A stretch of 64,000 nt of DNA, from assembly GCF_036321535.1 (NCBI RefSeq), contig NC_087437.1:25050001-25114000 (forward strand), given 5' to 3'. Below, in pieces: positions 24,335 to 37,119 of this stretch. Within the stretch, counting starts at the first letter, position 1; every line of letters starts with the position of its first letter. The notes below the pieces were generated by a model. The model was not told the DNA's origin, made no database searches, and saw nothing but the letters and a program-made list of their open reading frames with translations. A program made the position numbers and the translations under genes. This DNA is from Camelus dromedarius. Lineage: Eukaryota.

Positions 24335-25149
24335 TTATCAAAATTATAGTCTACTGGTATTCAGGACAAACTAAGTAATTTTAAGCTTATTTTTTTGTTG
24401 GTTTTAAACCAGTCAATAAGGAGTTAAGTTGCTCTCTACACTAGTCAGTTCTTACAGTTTATTGCAGCTAAAGAAAACAATGAGACACTAATATTTATCT
24501 TCTTACAATCTATTTATTCATAGAAATTACATATATTCAAAAACGCATGAGAACACACAGGCACGCAGCGTTTTTAGCTCATGAAAAGTTTCAGTTCATC
24601 AGCAACTAAGTCGAGAATCTGCAATGTGACCTTTTAAAATCTTCCTGATCAAATTTAACTCTACTGGGGGATAGAAAGGACCCATTTACATGTCCAATCC
24701 TTTAAGGAAAATTGAAAGAAGAGTTTCAACAACTGTGAAGTTTAGTTACAATTGTTTGCTAATAAAAGACTGATTTGATTTCAGAGCCAGTAAAAATTTC
24801 CGATAGCAGCCGAGCCTCAGCTAACACACAGACTTCATTATGCTCTACCTAGACGTATGCATGTGTTTATAAAATGTGGGCTCGCCGCTTCACAATACGT
24901 AGAATAACTAACTAATTTTGAAAATCCGATCTTAAAACCTAATTCAAGGGGAAAACCTCTCGACCTGACAAAAGGAATTATTGCCGGAGATTAAACTGCT
25001 TGATGTTCTTCATTGTTCTAGTTGAGTCAGGAGGGAATATTAATTGAGATGTGCCACGGATTCCGGTGTGTGTTCCATAGTGGTTCACAGGTTTCCTGGT
25101 GGTCCTTCCAACAGGAATAGCATAAATGAGTAGAATAAGACGGATCATT

Positions 25150-25310
25150 CTGAACCACAGTAGTTAAGCCATTGTTCTGTTTGGCACAAAAGGTAATGGT
25201 TGGTTGATTTGCTTTATTTCTGTGCTGTTCTGATTTTTCCCCCATACACCCTAATCTCTACCACTTCCTCTGTGAGTCATCAGCAGCTGGACTCAGTGAG
25301 ACCACAGGAA
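25150..25310. promoter_or_regulatory. Candidate enhancer: ETS/PU.1 + AP-1 + E-box + RUNX motif cluster
   Basis: cacttcctct (25262-25271), tgagtca (25273-25279), cagctg (25284-25289), gaccaca (25300-25306), aaccaca (25153-25159), all in non-repeat DNA. Confidence 0.4.
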
Positions 25311-28300
25311 CTGGCTCCTGGAAAAGAGCTCTAATGGAGCTATTACTCAAGTTCAATTCTCTTTAAGTCTGGTAAGAACTGCGACTTACAGGAGATAGAA
25401 AAAAGAATTATTCTGCATTTTCTGCTTTGAAGAGCCTCCAAATCATGCTGACCTATTTATACTTTTCTGCCGACCCACGATAGACATATTTATCTCAATA
25501 GTTCTTAGGAACAAGGACAATTTAGATGAAAAAAAAAAAAAAGAAGAATATTTTACACGATTACCCACAGTAATTTAATTATTTCTGCTGGAGTTCTTTG
25601 TTTCTTGGTTTTGGCTTTGCAGTAGTTTATTTTCTTTTGCAAATTCCAAAGCAATATTTTAGCACTTTTTTTCCCCACATAGAATCCATCCAACGTTTCT
25701 ACATCTGATACAGTTACTATTATAACCTCCATTAAACATAAACATCCTTATTTTCTTACCACATGAGGGGATCTTGAATTAGATTTACAAGGAACAGCTT
25801 GATTGATAGTTTTTTTTTTTTCTCCATCTTATTTGAAAAAAAAACCCAAAAACCAAACTTAGCATGGCATCAGGCTTTGATGTGAGGGAGTTTTCACACT
25901 CTCTTGGCAAAAATCTCTAGCTCATCTAAACTAGAGATTAAGCTAGAGATTTTCCTAAAGAAGAAGATGTCAGGTTCACCTGAAACTGGGGCTGGGTGTT
26001 GGGCTATTTGACAAGACTGACTAAGAGAGTCCACAATTCGGGCTTCCACTGCTAATTCTCAAATGGAATCTCAGATTGCTTCAAATAAAACAAGATATTT
26101 TAAAGTGCTAAGAATCATTAAAGAGAGCTTATTGAGTAATACATGTGTCCTACAGGTGGTATAAAGGAAATGTGCAGGAATTACAACCACAGATGACAGT
26201 GTCTCTTCATTGCCTAGAAGTGTGAGGAAATAAGATGAGATCTCTGAAAGCAAATATGAAAGTGAAGAGAGTGTGTAGTTCTCTAGGGCCAGAGGCTCCT
26301 CTCCCCACTACGCCTCTCTACCCATACAAACTTGTCTTCTTCCATTGGCTCTCACCCAGTATCTCCTTGCTGCAGTCCCCACATCTGTCTTTCCATCATA
26401 CTGTGGGTTGACCAGGAGGCTCAATCTACTGACTCCAACCCAGCCTTCATTCCATAAGAGTCATGTTTCCTGAAACTCTTTAGGCATTCTTCCCTTCCCT
26501 TACATATTTTAATGGCAAAATTGTTGAAAAAGATGTAATGATTTACCTGACTTTGAAATATCTGCAGCCAAAAAAAGACTCAAAGAGTTTAAAAGAGGGC
26601 AGTCTAACTCTCTTATATATCTACATTTAAAGTCTATTTCCCCTGAAAAGGATTAAGTCTAAATTATTGTGTTGGGAAGAAAGTTACTTTTTTAGCCTTC
26701 GTTATATAAGGAATTGGGAAGTTTCAAATATTGTATATGTTAGTATTAATTCATTCTAAAAGTGTACTTTTGGTACCACAACAATGCCTACCAGAAATGT
26801 CATGGTACTTTTCTAGATAATTTTAATTATCTCTATCTAAATTTTTTAAAAATCTATGGAGAATTGAAATATCAGAGGATTTAAAGATTCACTGTTTGTA
26901 GATTTCACATCAGTCTTCAGCAATAGGTGGCTTTAAAAGTAATCACCTCAAGTCCTGCAAATAACTGTTTTTTTAAATATATGTGTTTTACATTTTATGG
27001 CATTGCCAGGTAGCTTAAGACTCATAATTACATACTGGAAAATATCACTGTACCTTTCTCAAAATGAGTGACATGGTAGAGCAGCCAACTTCACCAGTTC
27101 AAACGTAAATTAATTGTTGATTAAGAGAAAATAATTAAGATTTACTCATGTGTTTTGGAAAATTTTACTAAGCTTTATAGCATTCCACTGCAAATTAATC
27201 CCTGATTAATGCTCATTTGCTTTCACGCATGATCTCTGGTACTAGAAATGCAATACTTTCCCCCATATGCTTTAGCTCTTATCCATACAGAATGGATTAC
27301 TTTTACATAATAAGACATCTGACAGTTTTCAATCTTTTGATACACAAGAAATTAGGATAAGCCTGAAAGCCTTCCGGTTATACTCAGTTTTAACAGATTT
27401 GCTTGTTTTGCAGTAGAAATGCATTTTTTCTTTAAAATTTTGAACTATTTACAATTGCTTGTTTTCTTATACTATTATCTTATACTTGTATTCTTATACT
27501 ATACACTATTTCTTACACTATTAAATGATAACATTTGAAATACTACAGAAATATAAAATGGTCTCAACAACCTTTGCTTTCTATGAAGCACAAAACAGAT
27601 CACAATGAGAAATTCCAAAAGAAGTGTGTATTTTGTGATCTGATGAGTAAAAGTGATAGAAAATGACCCCCATATTAACCACTAACTCCCTTTTCTCATT
27701 ACTTCCTCATTTCCTCCATAAAGATTTGTTAGGCATCTTGTACATAGAATGCATTACACTAGGTAGTTTTCACTTAAACACAAGTGGATAATAATTCAGC
27801 TTTACAAAAATTTGTCAAAAAGAGAATAATCACTTTGATATTTGCTATATAATTCTTTTTAACATGTTCTTTCTCATCCTGAATAAGTTTGCAAATGTTT
27901 TATTTCCTGGAATCTCAGTACTCCAAGAAAATAGAAAACTCTTCCTGGTATCTTCTCCAAGCCCTCCCACCTCAAAGCTTTTGCTCATGCAGTTGTTCCT
28001 AATCTAAAATCCATCATCTCTCTATGCCGTATCTCTCTATCCATTTCTTTACATTCTAGCAACAGACAATGTGAGGGAATCGATTCTCAGTCTCTCTAGT
28101 CACTCATGATCAAAACTATGATAAATTAAAACTGGAAAATAGGAGAGACCTTAAGAAGCCATCTCTTCCTTATGGTACCTTTTGTATCAATCTCAGCAAA
28201 GTGGGAATGAAGACCAGTGAGTGACTCCTTGGAATCCATTCTCTTCAGTATCCACTCAACAAAGAACCAGGTATTGGCTCAAGCCATAGGCAAGTAGTTT

Positions 28301-28842
28301 GGTAATGAGTTCAGTGGATATGAGTTAGGGATAATGTAGAAAATTGGAGCTGGACATTTGAGTAATGGAGGGAGATAGGCTAGGAAACTTTCAGGTTACC
28401 ACCAATGGGATGCTCTCACCAGCAATGTCTGTAAAGACCTGCTTTACTTGGTACCAGTTATATTTTTTGGATGCTCAGGGAGACTGTAGAAAATATGCAC
28501 CTAAGGGATATTTGTCAGTAAGGAATTTAGGGGCGGAATAAATGTTGGAGACAGTAGCAACATAAGAATAAACTTAAGGGGAAATTCCATACTTATTGCA
28601 TTTGAAAGGAAGAGGACAGCTTTCCAAATATATTGACATCTATTGGTAGAAAGAAATCATTTCAACTGGTGACAAAGATTCCTTGCCCCCACTACACACT
28701 TAGAATAAGAATGACAATGTGGCATATGAAAACATTACCTATGAGATGACAAGTTTCAACTTATACCCATCTATAAAAATATCAGCATATCTGAAGTGAT
28801 GTCATAAAACCAGGGAAATCAGAGACAGTGTCTCCCAGGAAG

Positions 28843-29085
28843 GAGCAGTAAAGATGTGGTTCAAAGCATGAATCTAAAGTCAGACAGGTATGAGTTTAAA
28901 TCCAAACTCTACTTTTATTAGAAATGCTACCTTGGGCAAATTACTTCACTTCTCTAAGCTTCAGTTGCCTCATCTGCACAATGGGAACGATATTAATCGC
29001 TGCCACACGAGCTGGTAGAGACTCTTCAGTGATTAGCCCAGTGCCTACAATAAAGTTGTCACCACAGACAAATTATTATTACTGC
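28843..29085 (+). mobile_element. MIR SINE
   Basis: 'agtcagacaggtatgagtttaaatcc...accttgggcaaattacttcacttctctaagcttcagttgcctcatctgcacaatggga'. Confidence 0.85.
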
Positions 29086-29272
29086 TTCTCAGAATTCCCA
29101 CAGCCATTTATTAGTACCACCACAATGTCTACATTGCATTATAGTTATGTGTGTCTTTAAGTCACAGTTTCTACCAAATCTTTGCTGCAGCTTGCATCCC
29201 CGTCAATTTCAACTTTGAACCAACAGATTGCCTTGAAAACTGTCTTTTGGTGAAGATTTATTTGAGGTCATC

Positions 29273-30690
29273 AGAGTGATGTCACCAAATGTGGCAGCAT
29301 AGGAGACCTCAGGCTCCATCCTTTCCACGAAGATCGACACTCAGACAGCTATCCACAACCAAGCGCTCTAGGAGAGCTCTGGAATCCCGTAAGAAACTTC
29401 AGCAGCATCGTGGAACAAAAAACCTGAGAGACTCCACACAAAAAGGGAAGAAAGACAGCTTCATTTTGCCTGCATCATCCCATCTCCCAAGCCAGAACTG
29501 GTCAGTAGCAAGAGGGAACTCCCTAGCTAGAAAGAGTCACTTCCCTTCACTGGGAAAAGAATAGGAGGGCGACAGACTAGCTTTTCCAGCCTTTTGGGGA
29601 ATCACACAAAGGTCTTGCTTAGGTTTCACTCCTCCCAGACCAGCAAAGCTGCGATGTAGACATCCAGGAACAAGGAATGAGAGCTGGGACTACCAATCCC
29701 AACCACCTGTTCCACAAACAAACCCAGCAACTTTTGTTACTGAAGAAACCAATGGCCAGCATAGCTGCTGTGGACCCCTGCAGCTTTCACCAGTTTTCAC
29801 CCCCTAGATATTTGTGTTTGCTAAAGCCATCCACCTGGGTCCCCTCCCAATCCCTTCCCTCGCCCCTGCTGGAACCTGGGAACCACACTGGTAGCCAGCC
29901 TCAGCTTTGTGGGCTACGTGAGTGAAAGATGCCAGGCTAGCCTCCCATGGTTAACCCCCACGGCCATGGAGGGGCTCAGGGCTAGTCCGTCCAGCAATGT
30001 GGCATATGGAACTTGCTCACTGCCAGCCAGATGCCCATCACTGACTTGCACTGCCGTATACACACCTAGGGCAAGACTGTCCAGCCACAAGATAGCACAC
30101 CAACAGTCAGGACCCCTGAAGCTGCCTGTTGGCCTGGATCAGACCCTGTCTTCTGTCACTGGTCTGCACTCCTGCATTCACATGCAGCTAGTCCCTCCAG
30201 CTGTGCACCTACACGTCCCTACCCCAATCCCCAACACTGGCTTGCACTGCCATGCACCTGTGGTGACATCCAGCAGCCACAGTAGTGCATGCTGGCAGCT
30301 GGGTCCCCACAGCTGCTGGTGCACCCACAATTGACCCTGACCTTTACTGCCTTCTCAGGCCCCCACCACTACATGTGTGTCTACACCCAGCCCATGTCAC
30401 TAGGCAAGTGCCTGCAGCTGGATCCCCCAGCCAAGCGTGTGCACACCACCAGCTCCAGCCACCACCACTGCTTTCCCTGGTCCTAGGCCACTGGACCTAG
30501 TGGCACTACTGAGACCCCAAGAGTCCTCGCAGCCACTGTGGAGCCCTGCAGTGCTTGCCATAGACCACATAGTTCACAATGCTGTGCCCCAGCGGCCTGA
30601 GATGAAGAGCCATCATGCTCTCCTGGACCCTAGTAATGAGATGCCAGTATGTGAAAGCAGCCATTCATGGTGTCTGGCAACCAATGGTAC
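29273..30690 (+). mobile_element. Isolated L1 5'UTR (GC-rich, L1M-type)
   Basis: Starts 'agagtgatgtcaccaaatgtggcagcataggag' (L1M 5'-end with degraded YY1 site); C-rich and internally repetitive; no ORF1 follows. Confidence 0.7.
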
Positions 30691-31044
30691 TCAAGAAAAT
30701 TTTAGTGATGCTGCCTTTAAGTGGATACAAAAAAAAATCTCAGAATTACTTTTTGTGTTTTCAGCTTTTTATGTCTCTCCCACAAAGAATGTATCCATGA
30801 AGCTAATTTATCTGTGAAACTGTACACAAATAATTTGGGATTAGTTACGGAAGCATATCAAGAAAATGAGAAAATTCCCCAAAATACAAATAAAATGGGA
30901 GAGAATGTTTTTCTTAGATCGTCTCATTTCCTCCCAAGTAAATTTATTCTGCATCTATTGATAATAATATTCTGATACATTTTTAATAAGTCTTAACATG
31001 AAAATGTAATTTATCCCATATTTTATTGAAGTTATTTACTGGGT

Positions 31045-31485
31045 ATTTTATTCGTTTCCTAGCACGGCCATAACAAAGTATCACAAACTGAGAGGCTTAC
31101 AGGAACAGAAATCTATTCTTTCACAATTCTGGAGGCGAGAATCTGAAATCAAGGTTTCAGCAAGGCCATGTATCCTCCGAGACTCTGGGGAGAGTTCTCT
31201 TCTGCCTCTTCCTAGCTTCCAGTGGTAACCGTCAATCCTTGACATTCCTTGGCTTGAAGCTACATCACTCCAGTTTCTGCCTCTGTTATAACATGGTGTT
31301 GTCTTGTGTGTGCATGTCTTTTCTTATAAGGATGCCATTATATTGGATTAGGGCCCACTCCAATAAACCTCATCTTAATTTAATTACATCTGCAAATATC
31401 TTATTTCTAAATAAAGTTAAATTCAGAAGTACCAGAGTTTAAGATACCAGCATATCTTTTCAGGGATACAGTTGAGCCCATAACA
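31045..31485 (-). mobile_element. MaLR LTR (MLT1C-like)
   Basis: 'ccataacaaagtatcacaaactg...aacagaaatctattctttcacaattctggagg...cttcctagcttcc...attggattagggcccac...attacatctgcaaa...cccataaca'. Confidence 0.88.
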
Positions 31486-32399
31486 GCTCCCTATTATATC
31501 ACTGGCAGTATTCAAGGTATGGAGGACAGAGGACAGAACAGGAAAAAAGACAAAGAAAGAAAGTCTTGTAATAATGGAAATAACACCCATCTTCGTTTTG
31601 GGAAGAGAACGTTTGGGTTTCACATCTGCTCGGGAGTTCCTCCTTGTGTAATTTCTCCATCCCTGCATAATTTCTCCATCCCAGTCATTTTTCAAATTTT
31701 TTTTTGGATACACCAATGTTCTTTACAAATTCAGCTTCCTACCAGATTTGTAGTTAGAAAAAATGATTTTCTTTACATGTTCCCCTTAATAGGGGATTAA
31801 TCCAACAGTAGATTAAAGCTAAAATGTATCAAGAACACATGACCACAAAATCTTTTTTCTGGTTAACAGATGTGGAAACTCTACACATCTTATTACTCTG
31901 ATTGTATCACAACATTTGCTAGGCAGCAATAATGGTGTGCACAGCCCTCCAATTATAGAATTAGACATGGTCCTGACTCAGCTGGCTTATTGCCAAATTG
32001 GACAAAGACTCGATGCAAACAAACATTAGGAGGATGTGAGTAATAATAGGGAAGAAATGCAATGAATTACTGTTTGTTTCCAGTATTATTCATATTATAA
32101 ATGTTAAAATTCTGAGGTTAAATGGAAAAATCATATTTAGACCATTAGAGGAAATTAATACATTCCTTCTAGAACACTTCAAGAAATTTAGAGGAAAAGC
32201 TAATTTTTTCCCAATCATCTTTCAGTTCCATACCCTTTTTTGTGTGTTATTATATGATTTTATGTGTGGATATGTGTATTGTTTTAAAGAAAAAAAAATA
32301 ATACCATAACTGTACATAATTTACAACTTGCTTTTTCTTCACCAGGCATTCCATCATATATGGAGAATAGTATGTTAAGATCTCCAGTGAATATAAATT

Positions 32400-34900
32400 T
32401 ATTAATTTATCCTATTGAATATGTCAAGTTTTGTTTTTTATTTTTTGAGATGATGTTATTAGGTGCATACACATTTAGGAATGTTATAACTTCTCAGTAG
32501 CTTAACATATAAAGTCATGTGATTTTATCATATAAAATATCTGTCTCTAGTCTTACTAATACTTTTTGCCTTAAAAACTATTTTGTCTGATATAAACAAA
32601 CTAAATCAATTTTCTTTTAGTTCATGTTTTATGCTGTATTTTTTTACCATCTTATTTCTTTCAAACTTTTTGATTTTTACTGTTTAAGGATGTCTACTAT
32701 AAGCCATATATATGTGAATCTTTTTAAAATTTTTATCTAGCTTTATAATTTAAAAAAATCAAGGATTATATATTCAATGTAATAATAATTTAGCATTAAT
32801 TCTACTCTTTTAGTATTTGTTTTGTATTTCTCTCACATAGTTTTTTTTTAACTTTGTAATTTTTTAAAATTAAACATTTAATTTTGAGGTAATTGTAGAT
32901 TCACATGTGAAAAACAATACAGAGGGATCTCCTGTACCCTTTACTCAGTTTGCTGCAATGGTAATATCTTGCAAAACTATAATACAGTATCACAACAAGG
33001 ATATTGACATTGATACAGTCAAGACAGAAGACATTTCTCTTATCACAAGGATCCCTCATGTTGCCCTTCCAAAGCCACACCAACTTTCCTCATACTTCCA
33101 CCCCTTCCTTAAATCCCAATGACCATAATACGTTCTCCATTTCTGTAATTTCATCATATCAAAATGTTATGTAAATGAAATGTTGTAATATTATCATGTA
33201 ATCTTTTGATACCAGATTTTTCACTAGGCATAATTCTCTGGATATTTATCCAACTTGTGGGTTATATCATTAGTTTGTTCTCTTTATTGCTGAGTAATAT
33301 TCCTAGATATGGAGATACTGCAGTTTGTTTAACCATTCACCTGTTGAAGGACATCTGTGCTATTTACAATCTGAGACCATAAACTTTCATATACAAATGT
33401 TTATGTAAACATGTTTTTTTATTTCTCTGGGATAATTGCACAGAAATGTACAGTTGATCCTTGAACAATATAGGACTTAGGAGCACCAACCCTCTGCACA
33501 GTCAAAAGTCCAGCTATAATTTACAGTTGGCCCTCCATTTCGAGGTTCTTCCATATCCATGGTTTCACATCCATGGATTCAACCAATTGTGGATTATGTA
33601 GTACTGTAGTATTTACTATTGAAAGAAATCTGAGTATACGTGGACCTTCTTAGTTCAAACATGTGTTGTTAAAGGGGTGACTGCAATTGCTGACCATATT
33701 ATAGTTGCATACTTAGTTTTTATATATATTTTTAAAACTGCCAAGCTGTTTTCCAAAATGGTTGTACCATTTTACATTCTCTCCAGCAAGCTAGTGATCA
33801 TTTCTCTGCATCCTCAACAGCATATGTTGTGACTATATCTTTTTTCAATTTTAGCCATTTTGATAAGTGTTGTAGTCCTAGCTCATCACGGTTTTAATTT
33901 GCATTTGCCTATGATGTTGAACAACTTTTCGTGTGCTTTTCTGCCATCAGTATAGTTCCTTCAGTGAAATGTACATTTAAGTCTTTTCCTTATTTTTAAT
34001 TGGATTTTTTTTTACTATTGAATTTGGGAGTTCTTCATGCTTTCTAGATATTAATCTTTTGTTGCATGTGTGATTTGCAAATATCTTCTCCCACTCTGTA
34101 GCTTACCTTTTTATTCTCTTCACAGGCTGTCACAGAACAAAGTCTTCAGTGTTGATAAAGTTTCATTTATAATGTTTTTCCTTATATGGATCATGTTTTG
34201 GTGTTAAGTTTAAGAGTCTCTGTTTACCCTTACATCCACAATATATTCTCCTATGGTTTTCTAAAAGTTTCATATTTTACCTTTTACATTTAAATCTTTA
34301 ATCCATTCTGAGTTAATTTTTGCATGCAATGTGATACTTAGCCTTATCATTTTGACCATGGTTGCCCAATTGCTCCAATGATATCTTGGCTATTCTTGAC
34401 TCTTTGTATACAAATTCTATAATTAGTTTGTTAACCCCCCCCCCAACACACACACACAGAAAAAAACCCTTTTTGGAACTTTGTGAGATATAATTTTTTT
34501 TACTGTAAATTTTGGAAACTGATATCTGTGCAGTCTTGAGTCTTCTGATTCATAAGTGTGGTATATGTCTTTAGGTTTTCTTTACTTTCACTTAAAAGTG
34601 TTTTACAATGTTCTGCATTTTTTGTATCTTTGTTATATTTATTCTTAAGTATTTTATATTTTTGCTATCACTAAAAATTAGAGAAGTGCTATCTTCCATT
34701 TGTCATTATTATATGTACATTGATTTATGTATATTGATTTGTTTCTAGTAATATTAGGTTCTCTTATTAATTTAATTATTTATGCATAGAGAATTTTGGA
34801 TTTGTTTTTGTAAACTTGTTTATTTCACTTGAGAATAATAAGTGTTCTGTTTCTCCCTTTCTTGTCCTTCAATTTCTTTCTCCTCGGTATTCTGCACTAG
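32400..34900 (-). mobile_element. Cluster of old antisense L1 fragments, including an L1MC/MD-like 3' end at ~32860-34375
   Basis: 'gtaattgtagattcacatg...gatattgacattgatacagtcaagaca', 'ttgtaccattttacattc', 'gtgatttgcaaatatcttctcccactctgtagc', 'ttaggtgcatacacatttagga'. Confidence 0.85.
33451..33683 (-). mobile_element. MER8-like Tigger MITE inserted in L1
   Basis: TIRs cagttgatccttgaacaa / ttgttaaaggggtgactg, TA (left) / CA (right) target site, internal 'tgtagtactgtagtatttactattgaaa', 233 bp. Confidence 0.85.
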
Positions 34901-35508
34901 CTAGGTAAAATTTTCAATTTGTAGGTGTGGGTAGTATTTTCACTGTTATACAAGTTAATAAATAAATTATAAGAAATTAAATGTTTTTTGTTCAAGATTA
35001 TTGAAGTCATGAACATCTTTCTCATGATTTCCACTATACCCATAACAGCTCTGTCAACCATGGTTACATTCTTACAAAATTAGAAAGACATAAAAATGAG
35101 CAGTTAACATACTGAATTGAAACACCTCACTATGTCTACCACCACAACTACCACCTTCTTCATAGGGGGAATAGGGGATAAATTAATGTCATTTTCAGTG
35201 ACTCTATATTTTGTTTTATTTCTCCCATCCTGACTTTTCTGATGCAGCTAGATTCAGCCAAATTGGAAACTCTGAAATGACCAGCACTGTGACACATTGC
35301 ATCGTTTGAACTCTTTTGGTGTTAGAGCTTATCTCCCTACAAATACTCTGGATTTTTTGTTTTTGTTTTTAAGCCAGTTTTAACAGCTCAAAATTATCAT
35401 TTTTATTGAATCAAACTTTACCCCTTTATAATTTTTTTTTTCCTGGGAGAATGCCATGACATAAAGAAAAAACATTAGTCTTTGGAATTAGATATTATAC
35501 AGTTCATA

Positions 35509-36642
35509 GTGGGGTCTGCTGTTGGTGGGCCTGTTACCAGGAGCTCAGGCATGGTGGGTCCTGGCTGGTCCCTGGGTATATGAGACTGCCTTCAGGACTT
35601 TGTTCAGAGGGTTTGGGAACAGAGTCTGCTCCAGGATGTGCAGTTGGGTCCACAGACAGCAGGGCTGTTTTCCGGTGTATGAACGGTGTGGCTCCTGCCA
35701 AGCCCCTGAAAGAGCTCCTGCTGGGTCACTGGGTGGGTCCCTCGGCAGGAGGAGGAGCTGTGTCTGAATGAGTTCCAGGGCTGCTTCAGGATTAAGAGCC
35801 CAGACCGAAGTCTACAGACCCGGCTCTAGAGGACAGACATACCGGTCCCCCCACCAGGTCCGCAGGTGGGCAGGCCCACTCCCTGACCACAGCTGGGAGA
35901 GCCTGGAGCCAGGTTACAGGACCATTTCAAGATTCACAGTCAGGCCAAGGTTAGCGGGCTTACCTCCGAGTGCACGGATGGGTGTTTCTCCTGGTGGGCC
36001 TCTGAGTGGGCAGAACTGCTCATGGGCCACAGCTGGGGGGCTGGATCTGAGTCACAAGGCCATTTCAGGATCTGGCTGGGTTGCCTTCAAGGGCACGAAA
36101 AGCCATGTCTCCTGGTGGCCTCCAAGCTGACAGGACTGCTCGTGGACCATGGCTGAGAGGGACTGAAGCCCAGTTACAGGGCCATTTCAGAATCTAAAAC
36201 CAGACTAAGTTTGGCAAGCTTGCCTTAACGGGCTTTCAGATTACAGCTGAGTGGAGCTGGAACCAGATCAGAGAGGCCCTTCATGGTCCATAGCCTCGGC
36301 CAAAGACTGTGATCTCCTGCCTGTGGCTGGGGTACACATGACTCCTCCTGGGTTCCTTGGCATGTGACGCTGGTGGCAAGACCAAGACCAGATGGGATTG
36401 CAGGTTAGTCCTCAGGAGGATGGACTAGGCTTTTACTTGGTCTGTAACCAGGACCACCAAGTCAGTTCCCTGGGCACCTGCCTTCTCAGAAGGGTTCCCC
36501 TTGGTCTTGGACTCCACCGAGTTTTACAGTCTCCTATCTACATCCCAAAGCTCCTACACAGGCACTTTTTTTCTGTAAATGGCTGCCAAGTTTTTGTTTT
36601 TGAGAGCAACTTCTTATTCCATCATCTTGCTGACATCACTCC
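35509..36642 (-). mobile_element. L1 5'UTR (antisense)
   Basis: Reverse complement begins 'ggagtgatgtcagcaagatgatggaataagaag' (L1M 5' end); G-rich internally repetitive body. Confidence 0.7.
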
Positions 36643-37119
36643 CTCTGGAGGAGACTTAAATGCATATTTGTAAGTGAAAGAAGCCAATATGAAAAGCTAC
36701 ATATTGTACGATACCAACAACAGGACACTCCTGAAATGGCAAAACTATGGAGACAATGACATATCAGGGGATAAAAGTTTTCAAGGATTAGGGGAGAGGG
36801 AGGGATGACTAGAACAGAGGACTTTAGAGCAGTGGAACTACCCTGAATGATACTATAACGGTGGAGATGTGTCATTACATATTTGTCAGACCTAGAGTGT
36901 CCAACAGAGGGAGTGGACCCTGATGTAAACTATGGACTCTGGATGATAGTGATGTGTCGTTGCAGGCGCATCAGTTGTAACAGAGGTACCACTCTGGTGG
37001 GGGATGATCCCAGTGGGGGAGGATATGAATTTGGGTGAACAGGGGCAATATGGGAAACCGTGTACCTTCATTTTTGCTGTGAACCTAAAACTTGTCTAAA
37101 AAATAAGGTCTATTAAAAA
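36643..37119 (+). mobile_element. L1MC-like 3'UTR
   Basis: 'cttaaatgcatatttgtaagtgaaagaagccaat', 'ggcaaaactatggagaca', 'ccctgatgtaaactatggact', 'ttttgctgtgaacctaaaac'. Confidence 0.88.

Noticed and set aside
29289..30817. Cluster of 60-140 aa ORFs
   Set aside because: They lie within a GC-rich L1 5'UTR; overlapping frames, no recognisable domain.
35522..36673. Cluster of ORFs up to 120 aa
   Set aside because: Antisense L1 5'UTR sequence; the low stop frequency reflects GC content.
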